Assembly (NCBI GenBank): GCA_963834385.1
Contig: CAWIBO010000005.1
Coordinates: 748,415-812,414 of the forward strand
Length of the DNA stretch: 64,000 nucleotides
Origin: an uncultured Verrucomicrobiae bacterium
Lineage (GTDB): Bacteria > Verrucomicrobiota > Verrucomicrobiia > Chthoniobacterales > UBA10450
Direction of reading: 5' to 3'
The notes under the pieces are model-generated. The model was not told where the DNA came from. It searched no databases and worked only from the letters and a program-made list of their open reading frames with translations. The position numbers and the translations under genes were made by a program. This document shows, piece by piece, positions 11,770 through 22,734 of this stretch. How positions within the stretch are numbered: position 1 is the stretch's first letter; each line of letters starts with the position of its first letter.

Positions 11770-12198
11770 TTATTTGTTATCAGTTATTGGTTCTCGCGCG
11801 AAATTCGTTCCCGTTGCCCCGGCGCGTTTAAGATAAGCCATGTAGCCATTCAAGAGACGGACCGCCGTGCTGACGAGATCGCGACCCTCTTCGAGCATCT
11901 CACTCGAAATCATTTTCTCGTCCTGCGCGGCGATCAGATGATCGAGGACTTCCCAGCATGAGCCGCGCGCGTTGCTGCAGAATTTCGCGTTATCGAGATG
12001 ATGAAATCGTCCGTAACCCTCCGCGATATTTGCCGTCGTCGAGCGTGCCGCGCGTAAGATTTGATCCCCCAGACGGTATCGCTCCTCTTTCGGGAGCGCC
12101 GGGATTACGGAGCCGGAAACGAATTTCCGTAACTCACGACACGCCTGCCAGCACTCAAGATCTTCAAAGCTCCGAATGGGGGCACGTTCACCACTCAC
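11770..12198 (-). CDS. Four-helix-bundle protein (TIGR02436 / 23S rRNA IVP-like)
   Basis: SFEDLECWQ...LPKEERYRLGDQILRAARSTTANIAEGYGR...NARGSCWEV. Confidence 0.92.
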   Translation of the reverse strand: MSGERAPIRSFEDLECWQACRELRKFVSGSVIPALPKEERYRLGDQILRAARSTTANIAEGYGRFHHLDNAKFCSNARGSCWEVLDHLIAAQDEKMISSEMLEEGRDLVSTAVRLLNGYMAYLKRAGATGTNFAREPITDNK

Positions 12199-12411
12199 CG
12201 GCTAACGTTATCAGACCGGTCAATCCTCCCGACCAATAACCCATAACGAGTAACCAATAACGATCTTCCCTCACCGCCTCCCAATAACCAATAACCAATA
12301 ACCAGTTACCATTTCCCCTTCTCATCGAGCAGCCTTTATTGTAATTTCAAGAACCGCTTTTCGCCGCGCCTTGCCGCCTCCAGGCAGCGGGCGGCGGTCG
12401 CCCCGCACTCC

Positions 12412-13933
12412 ATGCTCGCCACCGATCATCTCGACACCCAGCCATCCGCGCCGATGGCCGTCGAGCCGATCCCGCCTCCTGCGCCGGTCCGGCCGGCCCC
12501 GGCCCCGACCCAAAGCCGCTGGCGCCGGTTCGCCCGCACCGCTGTCCGGCAGGACTGGTCCGCGCCGGCCCTTTGCCTCCTGATCGACGTCGGCCTTTGG
12601 AGCGTGATCTACGGCACGACCGCCTACGTCCGCGGCGATTCCTTTTATTCCACGCCGCTCCAGTTTGCGGTCATCAACCTGATCCCGCTCGCGGTTCTCT
12701 TTGCCGCCCTTTTCATCATTGGCGGATACGATCGCCGGACCCCGATGCGCAGCCTGGTCTATACCAGCGAACACATCCTGGCCATGATCACGGCGGCCGT
12801 CGTCTCCTCCCTCCTGATTTACGCCGCCGCCGCTTACGACCAGCAGATGCGTCCCAGCCGCGGCGCCCTGCTTGATCAGCTTCATCCTCTTTTCTCCGCT
12901 CTCCCTCATCTACCGCCGGATCATCTGGCGGTATCTCGCGGTCTCGACCGCCAACCGCGCGTTTCTGGTCATCGGCGCGGGCGAACTGGCTGCTTCGTTT
13001 TATCGGGCCTACAAAACCTCGCCCAACCGCCAGCGACTCGAGTTCGTCGCGCTCGAACGCGACCGGGTGGGCGAACCGATCTTTGGGCCCGGGTCACCGA
13101 TCATCGAGGGCGACCTCGCGACCAAGCTGGAACGGCTCGACTCCCAGTATAGCGGCGTGATTCTGGCGGAAGCGGTCGATCGCCTCAGCCCGAAGCTGCT
13201 GGATCGTTTGGTCCGGACCCAGTTTCATTCCACCCGGGTTTACACCATGGAATCGTTTTACGAGGCGCACTGGCGACACGTCCCGGTGCAGGCGCTTGAC
13301 CCGTTCTGGCCGTTGCAGACCGGGTTCCAGCTCGCCAGCATCTCGCCTTATCATTACGTGAAACGCCTCTTCGACATCCTCCTCACCGGCCTATTGCTGG
13401 TCGTGTGTGCCCCGGTCATGGCCTTGATCGCCGTTGCCATCTGGCTTGAGACCGGCCGGCCGATCATCTTTCGTCAGACCCGGCTGGGGCGCGAGGAGCT
13501 GCCCTTCAGCGCCCTGAAGTTCCGGACCATGTTTTTGCGGACGGGGGAAGAAGCCGGGGAAGACATTTACACCCGGCAAAACGATCCGCGGATCACCCGG
13601 GTGGGCCGGCTCCTGCGCAAGCTGCGTCTGGACGAACTGCCGCAGCTTTGGAACGTGTTCCGGGGCGAGATGAGCCTGATCGGTCCCCGGGCCGAGTGGG
13701 ACCGTTGCGCCGAGCGTTACGCCGCCGTGATCCCGTTCTATCATTTCCGGCACCTGGTAAAGCCGGGGATCACCGGCTGGGCCCAGGTCAATTATCCGTA
13801 TGGCGAAAGCGACGCCGACGCGATCGAGAAACTAAAGTTCGACCTCTACTACATCCGCCACTACTCCCTGAAGCTCGATCTCATGATCGTCCTGAAAACG
13901 ATTCACACCGTCCTTTTCGGAAAAGGAAGGTGA
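12412..13933 (+). CDS. Priming polyprenyl-phosphate sugar phosphotransferase (WcaJ/WbaP family), frameshift near 12870
   Basis: N-terminal TM segments, [56 protein letters not shown]. Confidence 0.92.
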
Positions 13934-14174
13934 GGTTTAAGAGTTAAGTTTTAGGTTTTAAGGGTTCAGGGTTCAGGACCACGGCAGTTCACCAAAGCTT
14001 AAGCCATGCGGCTGCCAATTTCAGCATTTCAGTTGTCAGCGTTTCAGCATTTTCTTCTTACTTCCGACTGCTCCGCAGTCCGTCTTCCCAATAACCAATA
14101 ACCAATAACCAGTTCACCGCGCCGTCCCGGCGCCCCCCGACCTCCGATCTCCGATCTCCGACTTCCGAATGCCC

Positions 14175-14339
14175 CCGCAGTTTCTCTTCACAGAGCCGAA
14201 GCGAAAGCAGCAGCTCCGCGATGACGCGTTGCGCGACATAAAACCAGCCGCGCCAGCCATCGAGAATGAGGCCGCGCCCGAACAAGAGGTAAAGAAACAT
14301 CACCGGCGGCGCCAAAACGATTTTCAACCGCAACCGATC
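14175..14339 (-). pseudogene. Orphan duplicate 3' end (~55 codons) of the GT2 gene at 17784-18572
   Basis: DRLRLKIVLAPPVMFLYLLFGRGLILDGWRGWFYVAQRVIAELLLSLRLCEEKLR versus DRLRKKVFLAPPVMFLYLLFVKGLALDGWSGWFYVVQRVIAELFLSLRLCEAKLR. Confidence 0.9.
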
Positions 14340-14389
14340 CTGCAGGCTCAGCGGTTCCGCATTCTCCTTTCCGCCTTCTTCTCGCTCCC

Positions 14390-14472
14390 GGCTCCGCGCC
14401 CCGTGCTCCGCGCCCCGCGCCCCGTGCTCCGTGCTCCGTGCTCCGTGCTCCGTGCTCCGTGCTCCCTGCTCC
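14390..14472 (+). repeat. Heptamer tandem repeat (CCGTGCT)n
   Basis: Read directly; same family as 45485-45615. Confidence 0.9.
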
Positions 14473-14480
14473 AAACGACA

Positions 14481-14690
14481 TCACTTCGTGAGCAGATCAT
14501 TGAAGATATCATCGCCCGGATTATCCCAGACGTTCGCAAGCGATTCTTCTGATACCCTCAGCCATGCCGCACGCGAAGTATCTGCGTCCGCGGGTTCAAC
14601 CGTCGACAACACTAGAGTGTCATCCGGGAGCGGAAGCGGTTCTTTCAAAATGAGTTTCCCTTCCAGATATTGCGCTTCCACCGTCGTCAC
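14481..14690 (-). CDS. Small antitoxin-like protein (DUF104/AF2212-like N-terminus), no adjacent toxin seen
   Basis: TTVEAQYLEGKLILKEPLPLPD pattern; GTG start preceded by TTGCTG-N18-TATTGT. Confidence 0.6.
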   Translation of the reverse strand: MTTVEAQYLEGKLILKEPLPLPDDTLVLSTVEPADADTSRAAWLRVSEESLANVWDNPGDDIFNDLLTK

Positions 14691-16548
14691 GAGACAAACA
14701 ATAATGCTGGCGGACCATAGCCAGCAAGTTTTTCCCTGACGGACCCAGCCGTGCCCCCAGCGAATGCCGGGCAATAAAGTTGTCGAGGGCAAAAAGGCAC
14801 CACGATCGATACCAGCTTTTTAGCGGCACCGGGCTTCGCTCACCAATCTTCTTGAAAATATCGTCCCACTCTCCTGTCACCCACTCCTGGAACGGAAAAG
14901 TGAACCCCTGCTTGGGACGATTCCGAACCCATTCGGGAATCTCTGGCACAGCATCAAGCACAAGCTTTTTTCCGCGGGCCAGCCTGACTGCCGCCGGGAT
15001 GGATTCGATCGCCTCGACCAGACGGCTGTCCACGAACGGCACCCGCAGCTCCAGGCTCCAGGCCATGCTCATAACGTCGCTGTCGCGCAGGAGCTGGTTT
15101 CGAATATACCGCCCAATCTCCACATAACTGACCTCATCCTCGATCGTTGGCTGGCTGGGGACATGAAACCCTGCCTGGATGGGACGGCCCAGTTCTTCAC
15201 AGCCGTAATACGGGAGCAGCGCGCTAACCTCGGCCGGAGTGAAAATGCCGCGCATGGCCCAGTAGGCCGACGCCGTCAGGGGGGCGTCGCGCAGGAAATG
15301 CCCGAGGCGCGCCGTTCGGGGGGAGACGTGGAGGGCTTGCAACAATCGGCCGGCTCCCATCTTCAGAGGCCAGATCGGGGTCAGGGCGCGGCTGGCGCGG
15401 ACCAGCTTTGGCACGGTCTGGAATGATTGATAGCCGCCAAACAGCTCGTCTCCGCCGAGGCCGGAAAGCACTACTTTCAGCCCCTGCTCGTGAGCAAGTT
15501 TAGCAACGCAGAAAGTATTAAATCCGTCGATGCTCGGCTGATCCGAGACCGCCAGGAATTTAGCCAGGAGCGATTTTGCCGTAGCCGAATCCAGCTCCCA
15601 GTCGACATGGTCAGTCCCGAAATGGCGCGCGGTGCGGGCCGCCACCTTTCCCTCATTGATCGATTGGTCGGCAAAAGATATGCAAAATGTCTTTAACTGC
15701 GTGCTCTGCCGGGCGGAACTGAGCGCAACCATCGCAGTGGAGTCGATTCCTCCGCTCAAGAAAATCCCGACCGGCACATCGCTCACCAAATGGCGCGCGA
15801 CCGATTCTTCCAGCGCCTGCCGAACCCGTGGCGGACTCTCTTCGGCCGGAATGCCCCCATCGGAAAACCGGATGTCCCAGTATTTGCGCAGCGTCGTCTG
15901 ACCACGACGCCAGACCAGGTAATGGCCCGGCGAAAGCGCTCGGACGCCTTCAACCAGCGTCAGAGGCTCCTGCACCGCTCCGAAAAGCAGGTAGCCGGAA
16001 ACGGCTTCGGGCGATAAACTGAGCGGCACCAGGCCCGAACGAATAAGCGCGTTAACTTCCGAAGCGAAAATCAGGGCGCCATTCCGGTCAGTGTAATAGA
16101 GGGGCTTCACCCCGAGAGGGTCGCGCGCCAGGAAACAGGATTGCTCCGCTGCGTCCCAGATCGCGACCGCGAACATCCCCGCAAGTTCCCGGACAAACTC
16201 CGGGCCGTCGCGCTGGAACATCCGCAGAACTACCTCCGTGTCGGAATGCGACTCGAACTGCTCGCCTTTCGCTTCCAGTTCGCCGCGCAGCGCCTTGAAA
16301 TTGTATATCTCCCCATTGAAAACGATCCGGTAACGCCCGTCGCGCGAGCTCATCGGTTGATGACCGGCGTGCGATAAATCGAGAATCGCCAGACGGGTAT
16401 TCACCAGCCCGGCCAGTCCATCCTCCGACTGGAACACGCCGGAATCATCCGGCCCCCGATGACGGAGGTCCCCTTCCATTTGCGCGAGGGCCCGCGCCAC
16501 TCGCCGCGGCTCCGAGGTTGTCCCAATCGCTCCGGCGATCCCGCACAT
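14620..16548 (-). CDS. asnB: Asparagine synthase (glutamine-hydrolysing) family amidotransferase; 3' end uncertain
   Basis: N-terminal MCGIAG, RGPD, FNGEIYNF, RDPLGVKPLY, LSGGIDS, SGLGGDELFGGY. Confidence 0.93.
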   Translation of the reverse strand: MCGIAGAIGTTSEPRRVARALAQMEGDLRHRGPDDSGVFQSEDGLAGLVNTRLAILDLSHAGHQPMSSRDGRYRIVFNGEIYNFKALRGELEAKGEQFESHSDTEVVLRMFQRDGPEFVRELAGMFAVAIWDAAEQSCFLARDPLGVKPLYYTDRNGALIFASEVNALIRSGLVPLSLSPEAVSGYLLFGAVQEPLTLVEGVRALSPGHYLVWRRGQTTLRKYWDIRFSDGGIPAEESPPRVRQALEESVARHLVSDVPVGIFLSGGIDSTAMVALSSARQSTQLKTFCISFADQSINEGKVAARTARHFGTDHVDWELDSATAKSLLAKFLAVSDQPSIDGFNTFCVAKLAHEQGLKVVLSGLGGDELFGGYQSFQTVPKLVRASRALTPIWPLKMGAGRLLQALHVSPRTARLGHFLRDAPLTASAYWAMRGIFTPAEVSALLPYYGCEELGRPIQAGFHVPSQPTIEDEVSYVEIGRYIRNQLLRDSDVMSMAWSLELRVPFVDSRLVEAIESIPAAVRLARGKKLVLDAVPEIPEWVRNRPKQGFTFPFQEWVTGEWDDIFKKIGERSPVPLKSWYRSWCLFALDNFIARHSLGARLGPSGKNLLAMVRQHYCLSRDDGGSAISGRETHFERTASAPG

Positions 16549-16551
16549 GAC

Positions 16552-17700
16552 CTAGGTGCCGCCTCCTTTCCGGAGCTGAGCCACCCTTTGGATCAACTGC
16601 CGCAGATTCTCCCTGAATCGATCGTAATCATACGCCTCGCATACTCGGCGGCGCAGTTCGGTGGGATCCTGGAGGACCGCCAGCGGATGGGCCCCTCGCA
16701 GAATGGCGATAACCTGCTGTCCCAGTTCGTCGACGCTGTCGGGATCGATCAGCGCGCCGATCGCGCCCCCCAGGAGAGCGTCGACCGATCCATCCTTGTT
16801 CCCGGCCAGGACCGGTTTCCCGCAGGCCAGCGCTTCCAGAAAAACGATTCCGAACCCTTCCCCTTTGCTCGGCATGGCGAAGAGATCGCAAAGATTATAA
16901 TGATCGCAAAGTTCGTGCTCCGGAATGTAGCCGGCGAGCGTGACCTGTTTGCTCACGCCTGCCTCGTCGATCAGCCTCTCCACCCGCCCCCGATCGGGTC
17001 CCTGCCCGCCAAGAATGTAGCGGATATCGGGGAAAGCATCGCGAATCGACGGCAGGGCCTGCAGCACCTGATCGTAACCCTTGTAACGCTCGGCGCTGGC
17101 CAGACGGGCGATGGTCAGGATCACAGGCTGTTCCGGGGAAAGCCCGTAGCGTTTAAGAAGAAAGCGCGGCTTGGGACCCGGCACGAAATGACGGGAATCA
17201 AAGGTGTTTGGCAGAAGATTGATGGAATCTTCTATACGTCCGATCACCTCGGTCATCCGCCCCCGTGTGAACTCGCTCACGGCCGCCAGGCCGGGTGCTT
17301 CCTGCAAGGCACGGCGGACAGACTGGCGCGGGATGTCCCAGACTTCGATGCCGTGTCCGATGGCAAGGTAAGGAATTCCAAACCACGTCCATAACGTTCG
17401 CGCCACCGGCGCGAAATTCACATGCGTCGTCAGAATCACGGTGGGCCGCAGCCGGACACCAGCCATTATAAGGCGGCCGGCGAAAGCCGCGGTTCGCAGA
17501 GACGCCGGCCACCAGCCTAGGGGTGTAAAACTGGTGGCCACATCATCATTCGGCGCTGGAAAACAGGTGTCGTTCTTCGAAAACACATGGACTTCAGCGT
17601 CCGGAAAAGCTTCGGCCAGCGCACGGATGGCAAAGCGGGAGAACGTCTGAATCCCACCCGTAGCCGAGGCATATTCCGGAACCCAGACATGAATTCTCAC
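16552..17700 (-). CDS. Glycosyltransferase family 4
   Basis: HGIEVW, RYKGYD, MPSKGEGFGIVFLEALACGKPV. Confidence 0.93.
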   Translation of the reverse strand: MRIHVWVPEYASATGGIQTFSRFAIRALAEAFPDAEVHVFSKNDTCFPAPNDDVATSFTPLGWWPASLRTAAFAGRLIMAGVRLRPTVILTTHVNFAPVARTLWTWFGIPYLAIGHGIEVWDIPRQSVRRALQEAPGLAAVSEFTRGRMTEVIGRIEDSINLLPNTFDSRHFVPGPKPRFLLKRYGLSPEQPVILTIARLASAERYKGYDQVLQALPSIRDAFPDIRYILGGQGPDRGRVERLIDEAGVSKQVTLAGYIPEHELCDHYNLCDLFAMPSKGEGFGIVFLEALACGKPVLAGNKDGSVDALLGGAIGALIDPDSVDELGQQVIAILRGAHPLAVLQDPTELRRRVCEAYDYDRFRENLRQLIQRVAQLRKGGGT

Positions 17701-17783
17701 CCGCTTGTCTTAAGGGCACCTCGCGATCGCTGAAAGCTCCTTTTTCCTGCCGCCCCTTTTCAGCTTCTCAGGTTGTCAGCTTT

Positions 17784-18572
17784 TCAGCGTTTTGTGTCGC
17801 CGTCCTCCGAACTGCTTCGCAGTTTCGCTTCACAAAGCCGAAGAGAGAGGAAAAGTTCTGCGATCACGCGTTGCACCACATAAAACCACCCGGACCAGCC
17901 GTCTAAAGCCAACCCTTTGACGAAAAGCAGGTAAAGGAACATCACCGGCGGCGCCAGGAAGACTTTCTTTCTTAACCGATCGGCAAAGTTAAGGGCGGCA
18001 TCTGAGGTCTGCAGTAAATGGGCCACCTCGATCTGGGCATACCGATCCTGAGCTGCGAGCCAGCGCGTTAAAGGTTTTCGATCGTCGTGGACAATTTCTC
18101 CGGTCAAGCGCGCAACTTCGCCGGTAATAACGAGCCTTTGGGTGTGCCCATCATCAACGTAATGGGCGCCCTCACGTCGAAAAAGGACAATGTGAGCGGG
18201 ATAGACTGACGTTCGGAGATTTCTGCTAAAGATCCTAAACTGAAAGCAAGCAGAGTAACCATTCGCCGTTGCAGGTATCAGATCCTGAATTTCCCTCGCC
18301 AACGCCGCTGTAACCTCGTAATCCGCATCGAGCGCGAGGACCCAACTAGTTGAAATCTGTCCTAGCCCAAAATTCCACTGCGCCGCGTGCGTGTCAAAAT
18401 CACGTGAAATCGCGATGACGCCGGGATGACACTCTCTTGCTCTCTGTATCGTGTCGTCGGTACTGAAACTATCGATGATGACAATTTTTTCCAGCCAATG
18501 CAGAGCCCTTACCGTGCGTTCAATATTCTCGTTCTCATTATAAGTCAGAATGAGCGCGGTTATTGATAGCAT
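17784..18572 (-). CDS. Glycosyltransferase family 2
   Basis: LILTYNENENI, IDSFSTDDT, WVLALDADY. Confidence 0.92.
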   Translation of the reverse strand: MLSITALILTYNENENIERTVRALHWLEKIVIIDSFSTDDTIQRARECHPGVIAISRDFDTHAAQWNFGLGQISTSWVLALDADYEVTAALAREIQDLIPATANGYSACFQFRIFSRNLRTSVYPAHIVLFRREGAHYVDDGHTQRLVITGEVARLTGEIVHDDRKPLTRWLAAQDRYAQIEVAHLLQTSDAALNFADRLRKKVFLAPPVMFLYLLFVKGLALDGWSGWFYVVQRVIAELFLSLRLCEAKLRSSSEDGDTKR

Positions 18573-18577
18573 ATCAA

Positions 18578-19762
18578 TTAATTTTGTTGCAGCGATCGAT
18601 ACAGATCGACGAGCGCGTCGGCCACTGCGCGTCTCGAGTAACACCTTTCTCCCATCTGTCGGCCTCGTTCAGACATCTCAGCGGCCGCCTTGGGATTTGT
18701 CAGTATCCAGTCAATCGCATCAGCAATGGACTCCGGGTTTCGTTCGACGACCATTCCGCCATCCACCGCACGGACCTCACTGCTGATTGCTACTTCGGGA
18801 GAAATGATCACGGGAATGCCGGCTGAGTAGTGCCTCCGCCGGCGCAATGCCGAAATTCTCGGAGGCAGAAGGCAAGACAAACACTTTTGCAGCTGCGAAG
18901 GCGGCGGCCTTTTCCTCCGGCCGTAAATGACCTGTCCACACGATGTGCCCCTCCAGAAACTGTTTCGTAACGAGTCTTTTCAGCTCGGTGACAAACGATT
19001 CCTCACCATCGCCGGCAATGACAAGCAATAAGGCAGGATGCTGATTGAGCAGTTTACCCAACGCTTCCAGCAAAAGCTCAATCCCTTTCTTCCGATCGAT
19101 TCGGGAGAGGAACAGGATTACATCCCGATGCGTGACACCAGGAAAGCAATTACTGAAGGCCGCTGGCCCGGCTCTTTTAGGCACAGCCACCGGCAGAGGA
19201 ATGATAGCTGTGCGCTTCACTGCGACCTCACGCCCAACATCAAGTGCTTCAGCCGCCTCCGCCTCCGACGTAAAATGCAGGGCGGCAGCTCCGCGAATCA
19301 TTGGAAGCTCGACAACCTTTAGAGAAAGCTTTTTTGACCAAGCCCGCCGATTTGCCAAGCCCCATCGATTCAGGACACCAAGCGGCCGAATAATATAGGG
19401 AACGCCCGCTCGCCATGCAGCAGCAGCAGCAGCCGTGCTCAGAAATGAAAACACGGCATGAATGTGAATTACATCATACTCTCGCGCATGCGTCCGGAGC
19501 CAAAACGCCGCGCCGATCGAAATCTTGTATCGCAAGACGTTGCGCGGGAAGTACACGAAGTTGACGCCATCTTCCCGGATATGCTGGCCAAGTGGAACGG
19601 TCTCAGCCTGCCGTCAGGGCCGTTATCATCAGTCGTCAGAATTGTGACAGTGACACCGTCGCTTGCCAAGGCGCTGCAGATAGCCTTCACAGCGAACGTC
19701 GGGCCACCCTGGTGACACGAAACGGATGGGATGACGTGAAGAATCTTGAGGGTCGGCTCCAT
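18578..19762 (-). CDS. Glycosyltransferase family 4 (frameshifted)
   Basis: KILHVIPSV..GGP, FLSRIDRKKG, LPSASENFGIAPAEA, GIPVII across three frames. Confidence 0.85.
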
Positions 19763-19782
19763 TCACAAGAGGAAAGAAAGAG

Positions 19783-21167
19783 TCACGCTTGCATAGTCGC
19801 CTCGGCCCCCGTCGTTGGTTCATCAAAACTCCGCTGTGCAGAAGCACCCAGTTCCTCGTTCCAGCGTGGAAACAAACGTTGGATGAACATACCGACCGAA
19901 GCAGCTGTCAACGCTCCTGCAACGAGAGACGGAATTACGACATCCATGCGCTGTCCCCCGCTACTAATCGTAAGCAGGACAGACGCGACGAAGAGCCTTA
20001 TACTCAGAGTTGTGCGAACCGTGATGAAATACCATTCAAGCCGTGCAATCAAATAACCCACAACAAAAAGACCAATCACCACACCACTCACTCCCCAGTT
20101 CGCGTAGAACTCGAAGGGAACGGCAACCCAATCGACGTTTCGTCTTCAATGGGGCGCTGTAACCCCGTATACTTGCTCACAAACGCGCTCCCGCCCGCGA
20201 CCGTTGGTTTGCCTGGCCAAAACACTCGGGGAACCAGGGCGATCGAAGCATCGAGGAAGGTTTGGCCATAAGCGAACGGCTCAAACTGCGGCTGATATAA
20301 TCGCTGGAAGGCAAGAATGTCACTCATATCAATCCGATCTCGGAGCCTTTCGTTAACCGATTCGGGTGCAAAGCTCGCGGCGGAAGCATGCTCCACCATA
20401 TCCCCCGCCAATTCTGCTGCCGCACCCGCGAACGACCGTTCGACAAATTCTCCTTCACGGATCTTGGCACGACTACCCATCCATCCGGCAAACATAAGGT
20501 AAAAGACAATAGCTGAAGCGGCAAGAATGATGGCACTCCGAAACGTTACACGTCTCCAACCAGCTACAATGCAGGCAATCGGTAGGAGTAAATCAACTTT
20601 TGCCGGCGTATGTCCGGTGGCCAGCGCGCCCGCGAACGCGATTGGGATATAGATCAATGCGCATCCTGCCACGAAGTTCCAAGATCGACGAATAACCGCG
20701 TCGAGCACGAAAATCACTAATCCTAGTTCACGAAACCGAGTCAGAAGGTCTAAAGCAGGACCGATTGTGGGTATGGACCATAAAACAGCGTTGAACCCTG
20801 TCGCGACAATGCCGACGCCAAATAACAGGATCCCCAATTCGCGTGTCGCCCACTGAGGAGTTTCGATTACCACGGGTTTCCTCCAAGCACGCCAAGCCAA
20901 GGCCATCCCAAGCAACATCGCTAGCGACCCGAGAACCGAATAGCGCACCACTTCAGCGTGCCAGAAGCTGAACCAATCAAGCGGAGCATTAAATAGTCGT
21001 GCATGTGAGAATGCCGACATCGTCGCGGCGACTACTTGATAGAAGCACAACCACGATAATCCCAAAAAAAGCGATCCGCGCCTGTGCGCTAAAATAATCG
21101 CGCAAACAAAAACACTAATTACTTGGGCAGTTAACCACTTAGGATCCATCGAATGCCTCCTGAGCAC
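19783..21167 (-). CDS. Putative polysaccharide polymerase (Wzy-like multi-TM protein), frameshifted
   Basis: Many TM segments, LVPRVFWPGKP motif, position within the glycosyltransferase operon. Confidence 0.65.
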
Positions 21168-21239
21168 TGAAAGCGGTGCCGGAGATTGGGCATATTACTC
21201 CAATTAACCCTCAGGGCGCCATATATTGAGAAGCCACAT

Positions 21240-21920
21240 CTACATTATCCTTTTGACTACCGCCATGGTCTCTTTTTCATCGATGGTCACAAATCTTGCG
21301 TCCAAGACAATCACTTCCCGGTAAAAGCGGGAAGAGTCAGTACGACGCCACGGCTGTGCTGGCGGGACAAGGACGTCGTGAAAACATGCTATGCCTCCCA
21401 CGCCGAGCCTGTCACATACCAACTCCCAATCCGCTTTGATCCCACTCCAAGAGTGATCACCATCGACAAACACGAATTCAAAAACCGCAGGAATCGTGGT
21501 GCCACAAATATGGCTTGTCGTGCGCACTGGAACGACCTTCCCCCCGACGCCTGCGCGGGCAATATGGCGCCTAAAGATGGAAAAACATGGATTCTCGTTA
21601 CCCCGAGCTTCCGCCCATGGATCCACGCAATAAAGCACCCCGTATGTCGGCATCGCCGACGCGATTCGGACGGCAGACACCCCTTGGTGGCTCCCAATCT
21701 CGAGCGCCACCCCCGCGCGTGCCGCGTGTTTCTCAAGCAATCGAAGCTCCTCTTCACTCGTCTCTGAACTCGCGGAGACCAGATGGAAACGGTGTAGGAC
21801 GTTCGCGAGGCGCGGACGGTTTGCAATTCTCCTAGTCAGGTCAAACACTTTCTTGGTCGAAGAAATCCGCGGGCCAGATACCGCCGGTGATGCTTGAAGG
21901 CAACTCCACCCGCGGAACAA
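21240..21920 (-). CDS. Class I SAM-dependent methyltransferase (Methyltransf_24-like); true start probably further downstream
   Basis: ALEIGSHQGVS, YCVDPW, FVFVDGDHSWSG, GGIACFHD. Confidence 0.85.
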   Translation of the reverse strand: MFRGWSCLQASPAVSGPRISSTKKVFDLTRRIANRPRLANVLHRFHLVSASSETSEEELRLLEKHAARAGVALEIGSHQGVSAVRIASAMPTYGVLYCVDPWAEARGNENPCFSIFRRHIARAGVGGKVVPVRTTSHICGTTIPAVFEFVFVDGDHSWSGIKADWELVCDRLGVGGIACFHDVLVPPAQPWRRTDSSRFYREVIVLDARFVTIDEKETMAVVKRIM

Positions 21921-22734
21921 ACTTGTACGGGATTTCCTTAATCCCCGGCACGTATTCTGGAATAGCCACCTCTTGATGCGAGTGCCTCATCGACTTCCAA
22001 AACAGGCGCTGGTCGCTGCCCAACCAGCACCCGTGATGGAAGAAACCCACTGACCAAGGGCACTCCGCGAAACCCCACAGCTGTGACGAGAAGTCAGGTA
22101 GTCGAAGAAACGCCAGCAATTTGGCCAGCCTTGATTCGTTCCAAGAAACAGTTCTGCGCATCTTGAAAAGAACGCTAGGTTTAACGAACCCAAAATGACA
22201 GAATCTGTACAACGTCCGAGGGCACCCGTCGGTTCCAAGTCTTGACATAGTTGTAGGCGTGCATTCGCAGTCCCCTCGGTCGTTTTCGAGCCAAAAAATC
22301 AATGATGTTGGGTAATGAGTTGGTGTTGTACATCTCGTCAGCGTCTACAATTAGAAAATAATCCGGTGTATCGTGAAACATCTTAATCTCACCGGAATCT
22401 ACCCCATGCGACATAACCTGGCGGTGAGGCTGGCAGGACAATGCCAGCATTTCCTGATTTCTCGCTGCAGCCTCGTCTCGTGATCGACGTACCACGAAAT
22501 GGATCTTTCCAAGGGGATCCGGAAAGCCCAAGACATGCGCGGCGGTAAGGTCAGGCTCTACCGGCTTCCCGGTACCAAGTTCTCGATCGTATTGAGTGAT
22601 GACACTGATGCCCGAGCAAAATGGATATAGAGTCTGAAGCTGATTTTTGATAAAGACTTCCTCGTTAAGTGCGGAGGATGTAGTCAATGACAGAACCAAA
22701 CGCGTCGTCCCGCAGCCGGCGCAAAACCTGACCA
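21841..22734 (-). CDS. Hypothetical protein, possible GT-A fold glycosyltransferase (frameshifted; boundaries approximate)
   Basis: ALNEEVFIK, EAAARN, YFLIVDADEMY (DxD). Confidence 0.5.

Noticed and set aside
14175..17985. Diversity-generating retroelement TR/VR pair (given the Avd-like four-helix genes)
   Set aside because: Differences are mostly synonymous and not confined to adenines, and no reverse transcriptase is present in the window.
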